DNA from: Ostrea edulis
Lineage: Eukaryota
Length of the DNA: 64,000 nucleotides
Reading direction: 5' to 3'
NCBI RefSeq assembly: GCF_947568905.1
Contig: NC_079171.1
Location: 59,272,001 to 59,336,000 of the forward strand
Part shown: positions 40,601-52,800 of the stretch, piece after piece
Layout: every line of letters begins with the position of its first letter
Numbering within the stretch: position 1 is the stretch's first letter
Made by a program: the position numbers and the translations under genes
The notes under the pieces: model-generated
Seen by the model: only the letters and a program-made list of their open reading frames with translations
Told to the model about the DNA's origin: nothing
Databases searched by the model: none

Positions 40601-43600
40601 CATAGACAGTATATGCCTCGTCTAGAGTTTTGTGCGGCAGTCCTTTACGTCGAACTCCATGACATTATTTTCAGTGCTTCAAAAACGCAGTTTGATAATG
40701 CGTGGTTCCATACAGATGACAAAGTAGTACTTGGTTATATAAGCAATTGTACCTGGATATTTTACATGTATGTCTCCAACCGTGTGGAACGTATTCGTCA
40801 GAGTTCGAAACCTCATCAGTGGTTCTACATTGGATCGAAACACAGCAGATTGTGTGACACGTTCTGTTCCAGCTGCTAATATGCAAACATCGTTATGGTT
40901 GCGATGACTATCAGCCAAAAATAATCTTGAGTTGCCAGAGGACTATCCATTAGTAGAACCAGAGCAAGACAAGGAATTGAAAGCCGAAGTTTCCGTATTG
41001 ACAACCAAAGTATCTACAAACATTGTTTAATTGTTTATCTGACAGATTTGCTAGGTTCAATACCTGGACTTCCTTATTTAGAGCAGTCTCACACCTTATC
41101 CACGTTTTACGCTCATTCAAATTTCCCAGATACGAGTGTCGTGGTTGACACCTGTGTAGTTTTTCAGAACTTCCAGAAAATAGTTACTTCTTTGATCAGG
41201 TACAGATATTAGGAACATTGTTTCACGCCACAGCTTGTTATATCAGTTAGATTCTTATGCTGATGATGACGTACTTATTCGAGTGGGAGGACGTCTTCGT
41301 CATTCAAAACTTTCAAATAATGAGAAATTTCCGATCTTGCTGCCGAAAAATCATTCTGTTTCTTTCCTCCTTGCATCTCATTATCTTCAAGAAGTTTATC
41401 ACCAAGGGAGACAAATTAGCAAAGGAGCCTTAAGATCACTAGGCTAGAATAGACTGATATCGAGAATTATTCATCATTGTATCACCTGCAGAAAACTCCG
41501 AGCTAACTCCTTAGAGCAAAATATGACAAATATTCTTGATGGTCGTCTGACTCCTGTCCCACCTTTTACAGAGTGAATGTGTTTTGCCCCTGGAAAATTG
41601 TATACAGACGTACTGGAGGAAGAAGCGTTTGGCCGTCCTCTTTACGTGTTTAGCTACCCGAGCCATCCATATTGAAGTGATAGAGGAATCACCATGTTTC
41701 ATCAATGCTCTGAGAAGATTCACAAGTATACGTGGTCCAATCAAGGAACTTCGATCAGATCGTGGATCAGATTTTATTAGTTAGGCAGATGGTGGAAGAT
41801 ACCAGGACCTCGTCATACCTAAATTCCCAAGGAATCACCTGGACGTTTAATTCTCCCCATTCCTCACACATGGGAGGAGTGTTGGAGAGGATAATAGGAG
41901 TCTCCAGAAGAATGTTAGATTCTCTGCTTTCTGATACTCCTGGCAATTCATTGACTCGCAAAGTTCTTGTAACGTTCATGTGTGAAGTTATGGCTATCGT
42001 GAACGCCAGATCGTTGGTACCTGTTTCTAATGACCCGGATAACCCTCTTGTCCTCAGTCCATCAGTCATGGTGACGCAGATGACCAAATCATATGCTCAG
42101 ACATTCAACCAGATCAATCAATCGGATGTGTATAAAGCTCAATGGACAAGAGTGCAGACTTTGACTGAAACATTCTGGAAACGTTGGTCTAGAGAATTCC
42201 TTCAGACTCTACAGAAGCAAGGAAACAGACTTTCAAAATCTACAGAACGGAGATGTCATTCTAATGAAAGACAGTAACCTTCCAAGGAATATCCTGCATG
42301 CCATAAAAAGTGACGATGACTATGTTTGCAAACCTATATATGTAATACTATGTTTGTGTATCATGATATTTGATTCGTAAGTGTTTTCATTTTCTTTCCT
42401 TCTTGATTTGATCATTTGTCATTGTTTACATTTTTCATATCCCAATTCTTGCCATCAATGTTACATCTACATCGCCTATTATATTTGTTTTTTATTTCCT
42501 GGAAATTGTGGTTAAACTAGCTGAATGTCAGCATAGTTATAGCGATATAGTTTGCCAATATAACCTATCACTGGGTCAAATGTTCTCTGACATGTTCCAT
42601 ACCGATTGTTAGAACGTTTGTGGCACATTGATTTTGACTACAGATAACTCCGTTTACCTGATCAAGATATGGTGTTTGCGGTGGGTGTAACCGGTTCACA
42701 GGGGTTGCTTTCTCCTCTTAGGTACGTGACCCCACCTCTGGGGGATCCAGGGGTTCGTGTTTATCCAACTATTTACTTTGTATTGTTTATGCAGTTTCAG
42801 ATATTGATCATTGTTCGTTATCTTCACATTTCATTTAGAAAGACGAAAACCTGAAAGGTGAAGATAACGGACGGTGGTCAATATCAGAACTTTTATACAC
42901 AATACATATTAGAAAGTAGGACATTTAAAATCTAAATATAGTTCTCAGATACCTATATTCCACTGATGGAATCGTTTTTGTAAATGCTATACCTGGTCTG
43001 TCCTCTTTTTAAAATTTACTTTTTCCGTTATCCAACATCTTCTACATCCAAACCTGGATTGATTTTTCCCTCTTAATTTCATTTTTTGTGGTAGCAGTGA
43101 AAGGCAGTTGATGTTTGAAGTGTTGAATTGAAGAGTTGTCTACTTATAACCATTACAAATTGTATTTATAATTCTAATGATTATGACAGGAAAAGAAGCT
43201 TTGATACAGATATATTAAATATGTACTTACTTCCTTGTCTAAACTGAATCTCCAAGTAAGCCACGTTGGAAGGGATTTTTAAAGGTAATTTCCACCATGC
43301 TACTCGAGACACTCCATCCTTTGTAAAACTACACGTACTCTCATCTTTGTTAACTTCCAGACGGTTGTCCACCGCTTTATCTGCAGTCCATGGTTGATTG
43401 TCGTATGTTGAGCTTTGTGATGGGGTGCCCTTGTATGCCGTTAAATTGGCTAGATTTTCTAAAATAGATACGTGTAACTGTACGATTGAAAACATGAGCA
43501 GCACATTTTATGACGAGTATTCAAATTATATAATGCCATATATATATGCAAGGTGAAGATAACGAACAGTGATCAATCTCATAACTCCTACAAGCAATAC

Positions 43601-43750
43601 AAAATAGATAGTTGGGCAAACACGGACACCTGGACACACCAGAGGTGGGATCAGGTGCCTAGGAGGAGTAAGCATCCCCTGTTGACCGGTCACACCCGCC
43701 GTGAGCCCCATATCCTGATCAGGTAAACGGAGTTATCCGCAGTCAAATCA

Positions 43751-43800
<50 letters not shown>

Positions 43801-46800
43801 CAGTAGACGATATCTGACGATGCAAGCATAATACAATGGTGTATATGTTGCTAGACCGTAGTGGTCTATTTATTGATATACGATATCTGACGATGCAAGC
43901 ATAAGACAATGGTATATATGTTGTTAGACCGTAGTCGTCTATTTATTGGGTCAACTCGAAATTTTCGCCGAAAAATTCAAGCGGCTCAGCTGATTAAAGT
44001 TGAGTTTACAGTGAAACACATTGTATTATATATATTCAAAACAAGCATGTGCGGTTTAAAAGTAACTTGCAGCTAAAATATATATTTAAATAACGATAAC
44101 ATTTTCAATTTTCAATTTTTCATATTTTATTGTTTTAATGAACACACAAGTCATACTCTTTGCAGAAATGTGGAAGTTTAAGTGTTCTTTTCAAAGCTTA
44201 GAGCCCCGGGTTCGATTTTCAATCACGTCGTCAAGTCAAACATAATAATTTAAAAAAAGGTAGCGACGGATTATTCGTTGATTGTACGGTATTATAAGTA
44301 GAATTTAGATGTTTTTTTTTTCGAATATAATCTTAAAAATAGAGCACCCATAAAATGATGCACATTAGCACGACTACTAATTATCTTTAATGAAAGATTG
44401 AACCCAACTTTTACCTACATCATTTTCATTTATTTAATTTATTTAAACACGGTTCATTTCTCATGTTTGAAGCATTTTAATACAACACACCTTTCTCACT
44501 TCATGAGGATGTCAGCACAATTAATGAATTAATAGTGACCATGAATTTGAAAACTATGTTTACAACTTCTATTTCAATCATCAATTTATTTCATATTTAC
44601 ACGCAGGTTTAAAAGTAACGGATGGAAAGTGTTTCATTCTTAGTAACATATATACCACCCAAGAAGCGTACAATTTCCACAGTGGATATCTGGGGCAAGA
44701 TCAATATATAGCAGAGAACACTAGTCCTTTTCCGTAACATGTCTCCATTGGTGCAACGATTGCATCAACGCAATGCATTTATTTTCCGGAAGCGCTCATA
44801 AGCATAGAGTCGAAAGGCTAGAACTGAATCCCTGAATACTGTTATGTAGATGTTATGTAGATGATATGTAGATGAACTTTCAGATTTCATCACTGATTCA
44901 ACTTTGGTATCATTAAAGCCTTATTCACTTTGATACATGAAAATGAACGTGAAAATTGATATTTGAAGAATGCCTTAGATATGTATATTTTATTCAGTTC
45001 AGGTAAAGCTTCTCGAGAATAATTACAGTGTTGTATATAAATGTACATCAGTGCACTTCGCAACATATGACGTCACAATAAAAACTTAAGTCACAACGTA
45101 CAAGCTCTTACAGTTATATCGCGGGGAGAATGGCATAATAATATGTCGTTATTTACTACCGTTATTAAGTGATAAGCAGTATACATGAACACTGTTCTTG
45201 TCAAATGCTTATCATGTAATTATATATTATTTCTTTTTCATATTAAATCACTCTGCATTTATCATATCTAATTCGCGCGAAGTTGATATTTTATATTGTT
45301 AATTTGAAATCGCCCTATATAGTATCCTGATTCCGATTAGCACTGCGTTTAATTTACATAATTATTGCGGTTAGCTGCAGTAAATGTGAAAGTGCAACAA
45401 TGTACAGTGCATGATGGTCTTTGAAGGTGATTTATTAATATTCTTATTACATTGCTATATCAGAAAAGTGTTGAGGTCAACCTCTTACACAAAAAGGAAA
45501 CCCCTTTCCGCATCTGATAACATTATCGATGATTTCGAAAATCAAGAAGTATGCTGCATTGTTGGTTCTAAATATATATTGTCATGTGAAAGTCTCGTGA
45601 TGATAAGCATATGCTTCGATGAAAATATATGGAAACCTACTGGGTATCAGTTAAAACGTCGTCTCGTTCTCGGATATTTTTCATTAAACATTATCCATAT
45701 AAAACATTAAATACCATTTTATGCAACTATTTTACTTTATTTTCGTATGGGGCGCGTTAATTCAATTGAGTAGATGTATTACTTTAATCCCAAAGCTCGT
45801 GTTTCTTACTGCAACGTATATTTGTAACGTCATAATTACAGTTGTATATACATAGCACCATACTTTGATGGCGTCGATCTATATACGGGATTTAGTTGGT
45901 GATTACGTAAAATAGCCGAACATCTACGACTGTATCAGTTGGTGCATCGTTCGCAATGTAGCGTGAGTTATTATACAACACATTGCGGCCCTGCGATACA
46001 AGGTATAAATAGAAGAAGAAAATAGTAACCGCAGAGTTCAATCTATAGATACCAATTCGACATTTAGATATGTCGATGACGTTTTGTGTATTAACAATAA
46101 TAGCTTTCATTCATATGTCGATTTGATATATCCCTGTAAGCTCGAAATAAAAGACACCACAGAGTCGTCCACTTCTGCTTCCTACTTAGATATTTTATTG
46201 AAAGTAGACATTAACGGCAAACTGACAACTCAACTGTATGAAAAACGGGATGATTCCAGCTTCCCCATCGTCAACTTCCCATATTTATGTAGCAATATTC
46301 CATTATCACCTGTAAAAAAGGTGTTTAAATAGCTCAGCTGATTTGCTATGCAAACGCTTGTTCTGCGTATTATCAGTTTTTAAATCGAGTTAAGCGACTG
46401 GCAAACAAGTTGATGGTACAGGTGTTTCAACAGTCACGATTGAAGTCAGCATTTTGCAAATTCTATGCTCGCTATAACGATCTAATTCGTCAATACAACC
46501 TCGCATTGGGTCATATGCTGTCTGACGTGTTTCATGCCTATTATTAAGCCGTTCTTGGCACATTGATTTTGAATGCGGATAACTACGTTTACCTGATCAA
46601 GATACAGGGTTCACGGTGGGCGTGGTCGGTCAACAGGGGATACTTACACATCCTAGGCACCTGATCCCACCTCCGGTGTGTCCAGGGGTCCGTGTTTGCC
46701 CAACTATATATTTTGTATTGCTTATAGGAGTTATGAGATTGATCGCTGATCGTTATCCTCACCTTGCATACCACCATTGAATATGCATTGCACCATTGAA

Positions 46801-49800
46801 TCATATAAGCCATATAAAAATTACTCGACTGATCCGACATTGCGATTAAGGACTTAGAGGTTTGGGTTTGTTTTATATTGTTTGTCAATAAGTTTCCAAC
46901 AATATTATGAAGTCATCTAAGAAAGATTCTTCGTGCCTGCTTAGATCACAAGCTTTTTTCGTATTTTATACCCTGGTGTTTGTCGTTTTTATACATAACT
47001 CCTGAAATGTTCTGTATTAACCCCCTTCCCAACAATTTTGTACTTTAACGCATATACCTTTGCCCCACAATCACGCACGTTAACGTACTTTCAATGCGCA
47101 TTTGTTTTTACTGCGTTTTCTCGTTGATACAACGAAAATTATTTTAAAAAAAATAATATCTTAGGTTGGAAGACAAAATAGTTATAAAAATAAACGATTT
47201 GCCAGATTTAGTTGATAGTTCCAGCAGTAGCGAAGAGATAGATTAGGGAATATACAACTGCAACGCAGCTCAATTGTTTACCAACAGAAAAATCTAACGC
47301 GGTGTTGTAGAGGAATTATTCGTGCTTTGTTTTGATTATTTTATTTGATTATTGAATTCATATATCTACAGAGTTATCAAGATTACTGAGTGTCAGGAAG
47401 ATTATCATTTTATTTTAAAGTGGCATCAGAAAGGGATGTCTGTGTTAAAAAGCCATCACGAATTACATCATGAATGTCATGGTATGCATAAGTTATATAT
47501 ACTACTCACAATTTGATAAGGATCATAGCTATTTTTATGTTTAAAGAATTAATAACTGCATAACTGACAATATTGTGTGCAAGTGAAATCAAAAACGTCT
47601 TCAACAAACTTACACGTGCATTTCATGTCATGGGAAATGCGTTTCTCATCACAGTTTATGTTTTTGCTACCATTGCACGATTTTCACTCAGGCATTCGTG
47701 TCTGATTCTTTCTAAAATTTCAAATTCACTTGAGGGTTTACACTACGTTTATCAACACAATGCCCCCTCAACGTGTAAGGCGTCGCCTGACGGCAGAACA
47801 AATGGGCAGATGTATTGGAATGCTTGACGCTGGCTATTCACAACGTGACGCTGGAAATGCACTAAACGTCAGCCAGAGCGTTGTAAACAAGGCCTGAAAC
47901 CGACAGAAAAATTTTGGGACAGCAGCACACCATAATTGGGGTGGTCGTCAGAGGTCGACAACACGCCAAGACAATTTTGCGGCTCTTCAGACACGACGCT
48001 ATCCCTTCTGGACAGCAACAAGCCTACGTAACGACCTCCTGAACGCCTCGGGGGTGAATTTGTCCACTCAAACGATACGGAATCGCTTTACAATACACGT
48101 CTCAACTCGAGAAGGGCATGTGTTCGAGTACCTATGACTGTTCGACACCGGTGGGAGCGATTGGACTGGGCTGAATAGCATGTCACTTGGACAAAGAACG
48201 ATTGGTTTCAAGTTCTGTTCACCGATGAGTCCAGGTATTGTTTGGACTTTACAGACAGGAGGCACCGAGTGTGGTGACGACAACAAGAACGTTTCCATGA
48301 TGCGAACATCAGTGAATATTACCATTATGGTGGTGGTTCCATTATGGTCTGGGGTGGAATCAGCAGGGGTGGAAGAACAGATGTTCATGTCATGGAGAGA
48401 GGAACAATGACAGGGGTGCGGTACCGGGATGAGATCCTCGATGTTTACGTCAGACCGTACGCTGGTGTTGTTGGCCCTGAGTTCATCCTGATGGATGATA
48501 ACGCCCGTCCTCATCGCGCCAGGGTGGTGGAGCAGTACCTTCAGCAGGAGACAATTGTCTGTATGGACTGGCCAGCGCGCTCGCCGGACTTGAACCCGAT
48601 TGATCATGTATGGAGCATGCTCCAGGTTGCCCTTTCACACCGTAGAGCACAACCCACGAATTTGGCAGAGCTCGGAAACGCCCTCGTGGAGGAGTGGGAC
48701 AACCTTCCCATTGGAAACACCCGGTTGCTTATTGACAGCATGGCTCGAAAAGTATTAAAGATTTGGAAAAAGATATTTTAAAAACATATTATGTATATGT
48801 ATTATCTCTTGCAAGGTTAACACAACACCATTCTTATTTTAAAAGAGAGAGGAAGTGTGTGTACTACATCTTCAATTTGGTCATTCGTAGTGTTGATAAA
48901 GATACCCTGGTCAAAACCATGCCTTTCAAAACTCGACCGCACAGATTACAGACCTTAAAAATCATACTGCATGGAAATTTACCGAAACAAATGAAGTCAG
49001 TCACATTTACGAAATCTAACATTTTATTAGATTTTAAATGAAACGAGTGGCAAATTGAATTATGTAAATCATTTTTTATCATTATTTTTCGCAAGTGAAT
49101 TCATTGATTTATCGAAGGCTGAGTTTCATTGGATCTATGCAATTTTTATCTTATCTCTATTTTTTTTTACTTTGCAAGAAATGAAAGAGAAAGAATAAGT
49201 AACAAGTCTTAATATGATGGGGGGGGGGGGGGGGGGGGCTTCATTTGGCCAAGTGTCCTCATCATAAAACTCATGCATTTCAAAACTCGGATCGGACACA
49301 CGTTGAGACAGGAAGTATTAAGCAACCATAAAACCACACTGCTTACAAAACACAAGCTCTCGAAGTTTTTTAATGATATGTAGGCTATGTAATAATAATT
49401 AAATGTAACGAGGAGAGTAAAGCCAAACATGATTTTTAAAAAAAATCACATTTACCATTGTCAGAACATCTTCCAAAGAAGAAAACTATATATATGCAAC
49501 ACGAATATGTTATAAGAAATACGAGAAGAGTCAGACGAAAGCTTGAGTTTACTTATAATGTCATTGATTCATCAATTTTTTTAAAGATTGGTCGATCTTT
49601 TAAAAAGATATATGTAATTATTATTTAGTACGTGTAAGTACTAACTATACTATCTAGCTAACATAAATAAACAAACACCTACGTACATAGCGAACAGCCA
49701 GCTGGCGAACAGCCAGCCGTGTACACTGGAGGACGTACAAATTTATTCAGACTCATATACAAATATGAATGAAAATACATAATACTGTTCCATATAAATG

Positions 49801-52800
49801 CAATAGTGCAATTGTATATGATAGTACATTAACCCCCTTTGTGAACACCAGAGCCGGCCAGAAAAAAAAAAATAGAAGTAAAACGAAAATAATAGCGAAA
49901 AACTCTAGAAAACCTGTATCCGATGTCATTGCTCCATGACGCATTGAGAGTGTGACGGGCCTCACACTTTACAAATATATGAAATGCTAGATAAAAACTG
50001 AAAATAGCAAATTTGTCCTATCTACATGAACGTCGGCTAGAAAGTGACCAGCCTAAAAAACCTGCTTACTCACCATGACAGTATACTAACTACCCCCACC
50101 CCCTATTGGTAAAAGATTGACAGCAGCTATTATTTCCCCGCTTTTACTACCGAACCGCAGGATATATAATTATCAAGACTCGGGCGCACTGGTAGACGGG
50201 GAATATTACGCATTTATACATAGACACATTGTAACAATGCAAATACACATATGATAGAATTACCATTTCCCAACGTATAATATGCTATTCATCGAGTATT
50301 TCAATTTTCTTTCTCATAAGTCACTCAGTTATGATGACTCATTTATCAACTATTTAAAGACTGGGTTTTTGTTCCGATTTATGTAATCATTAATTTTAAC
50401 CAATTCTAAAGAGTGGGTACACTGATGTGTAGAGACAATATACTTGTCTATAATATTTAGTGTTTTACTGGATCAGTTGTTAAGTACCTCTAAATATTTC
50501 TCAAATAATTATTATATCATGAATTTTATATTTTCTTTTATCACATTTTGACTGCTTGACGTGGGCCATTTCACCCGAATTTTAGAATAGAAGGAAAATA
50601 ATTGTATTGGATATCTAAGTTTCAGAATTTGGGTTGTACATTCATTTTAATAGAAGTGCAAATGTTATGATAAGTTAAGACATGTTCTTATTTCTGTTCA
50701 GACCAATGATTTTTCGAGACGTTGAAATGTTTGACTCGTTATAATCTAAGTATTGATCGGCCTAGCAAAAATGGAAGAAATATGCCATACACTTTCTGAT
50801 TGATACAGTGGCCATTGCTACATTTCTTATGATGAAGGAAGGCGCAGATCTGCATAGGAGGAGGATGTGATAGCGGTATTTTCCGTTATCTTGATATGCA
50901 AATAAATGTATATGTTTAGTATAATGGTAACACCCCCTACTGTTTCTGATAGTAGTACTGAACGAGAAGAACGTAAGCTTGAAGTTATGAATTGAATTCA
51001 TACAGTGAAGGACGACAAACACACACACACACTATCTAATTAATCGCAGTCGGTCATTGAGGGATTGAGGCAGTGTTAGTTGATGAACACTCCTCCCGTT
51101 CAACGAATTAGGACTTGAACTTCGGGCAACCTCCCCACATTTTTATTTCCTTGTCAATAATTTTAGACAAGCCATCTCCCCATCCCTCCTCCATTTTATA
51201 TTGTTGAAAAAACGATGCCACCTGCCTATAAGAGGGAATATAGACAGCACGACACTTAGGCCTCGCACTGACATAATTCATAATCGGAACACGCAGTACA
51301 CCACAACAGACAGCTGGAAGGTACCTACAGAACATTTTTGTAATTCCTGTTCTAAAGCACACACACACACCCCGCCAAGTTGGTACACGGCACACGGATG
51401 TGGACTGTTTAATGTACATTCGTGTGGAAAGCAGTGCTTTGCCTAATTCACATCTTGTTTTGAACATTGAAGGAATTTATGCATGCGTCAAATTGTTTTC
51501 AAATACATAGGGCAATTCTTATTTACAAAACATGATGTAGATATTCGTTTATTTTTACTAGATGCAGTTTGAATCAGTCGTCAATATAAATGAATATCTT
51601 AAACTTTGTCTAAAACTAAATTGATTACGTTTTTGTCTTTGAAATCAAGATGAAATTTTATGATAAGATTGTTTGATTTAAACAAATAATGTGTAGAAGA
51701 CAGAGTCACTCGAAGTTTTAAATACCTATATAAAATTGTCTTCTGTAAACTATTATAGATATTTAAAACGTCGAGTGCCTGTGGTAGAAAATATCGAAGG
51801 GAAAAAATCTATTGGAAATGTAGATGTAAATCTTATACGGTACCAATTTTGATGCACCAGATGTGCATTTCGACAAATAATGTCTCTTCAGTGATGCTCA
51901 ACCAAAATGTTTGAAATCCGAAATAACTATGAAGTTTTAGAGCTAAATATAGCCAAGAACAGCGTGCCAAAAAAGTGGAGCCAAATTCGTCCAAGGATAA
52001 GAGCTATGCATGAGGGAGATAATCCTTAATTTTGAAATGAATTTCTAAATTTTATAACAGCAATTAAATATACATCCGTATTTTCAAGCTAGTAACGAAG
52101 TACTTAGCTACTGGGCTGTAGAGACCCTCGGGGACTAACAGTCCACCAGCAGAGGCCTCGACCCAGGGGTCATAATGTAAAACTTATACGGTACCAATTT
52201 TGATGCACCAGATGCGCATTTCGACAAATAATGTCTCTTCAGTGATGCTCAACCGAAATGTTTGAAATCCGAAATAACTATGAAGTTTTTGAGCTAAATA
52301 TAGCCAAGAACAGCGTGCCAAAAAAGTGGAGCCAAATTCGTCCAAGGATAAGAGCTATGCATGAGGGAGATAATCCTTAATTTTGAAATGAATTTCTAAA
52401 TTTTATAACAGCAATTAAATATACATCCGTATTTTGATAAGTATTTCAACAATACTAATAGATAAGGATATATTGATTCGTGGTATTTCTTTTTATACAT
52501 ACACACATGCACAAGAATTAATTTTAAAAAAAAGAAGCGAATTTTGGATTATAAATATTTTCAAAAGAAAATATTTTACCCCTTATTTATCATAACTTTC
52601 CACTTGCTTCAAGTCCCGATTCGACAATCTTAAAGTATCAGCTTTTATCAGAACTATCAGCGATAAACTAACAGAATATATAACGATGGGAAATGTTGTG
52701 AAGAATTGTGTTAAAATTTCCCAACTTTCACAAATCAACCCCAAAGCGCTGGAGGGAGGGGGGGGGACGCCATCATTCAGCGACAAAAGCAAATACTACT

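Larger units (their letters stand above)
51824..52435 (-). mobile_element. Retrozyme-like element: about 1.75 tandem copies of a 351-bp unit, each with a hammerhead ribozyme
   Basis: cttatacggtacc starts at 51832 and 52183 (period 351). Copies differ at only a few positions over about 260 bp. Both contain an HHR core. No long ORF in the track. Confidence 0.85.

Noticed and set aside
43807-43948. CTGACGA in the 73-bp tandem repeat as another hammerhead
   Set aside because: No stem II and no downstream GAAA or cleavage helix.
49753-50076. Alternative first exons: ATG|GTGAGT at 50074-50076 and a hydrophobic ORF (FLEFFAIIFVLLLFFFFWPAL)
   Set aside because: Hydrophobicity comes from a T-run, and the available donor is phase 0 or 2 rather than the phase 1 needed for exon 2. 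It would only work with a homopolymer length error. Needs RNA evidence.
50780-50870. Ankyrin-like peptide (AIATFLMMKEGADLH)
   Set aside because: Short, ends in a stop, with no supporting splice sites or neighbouring repeats. May be chance.
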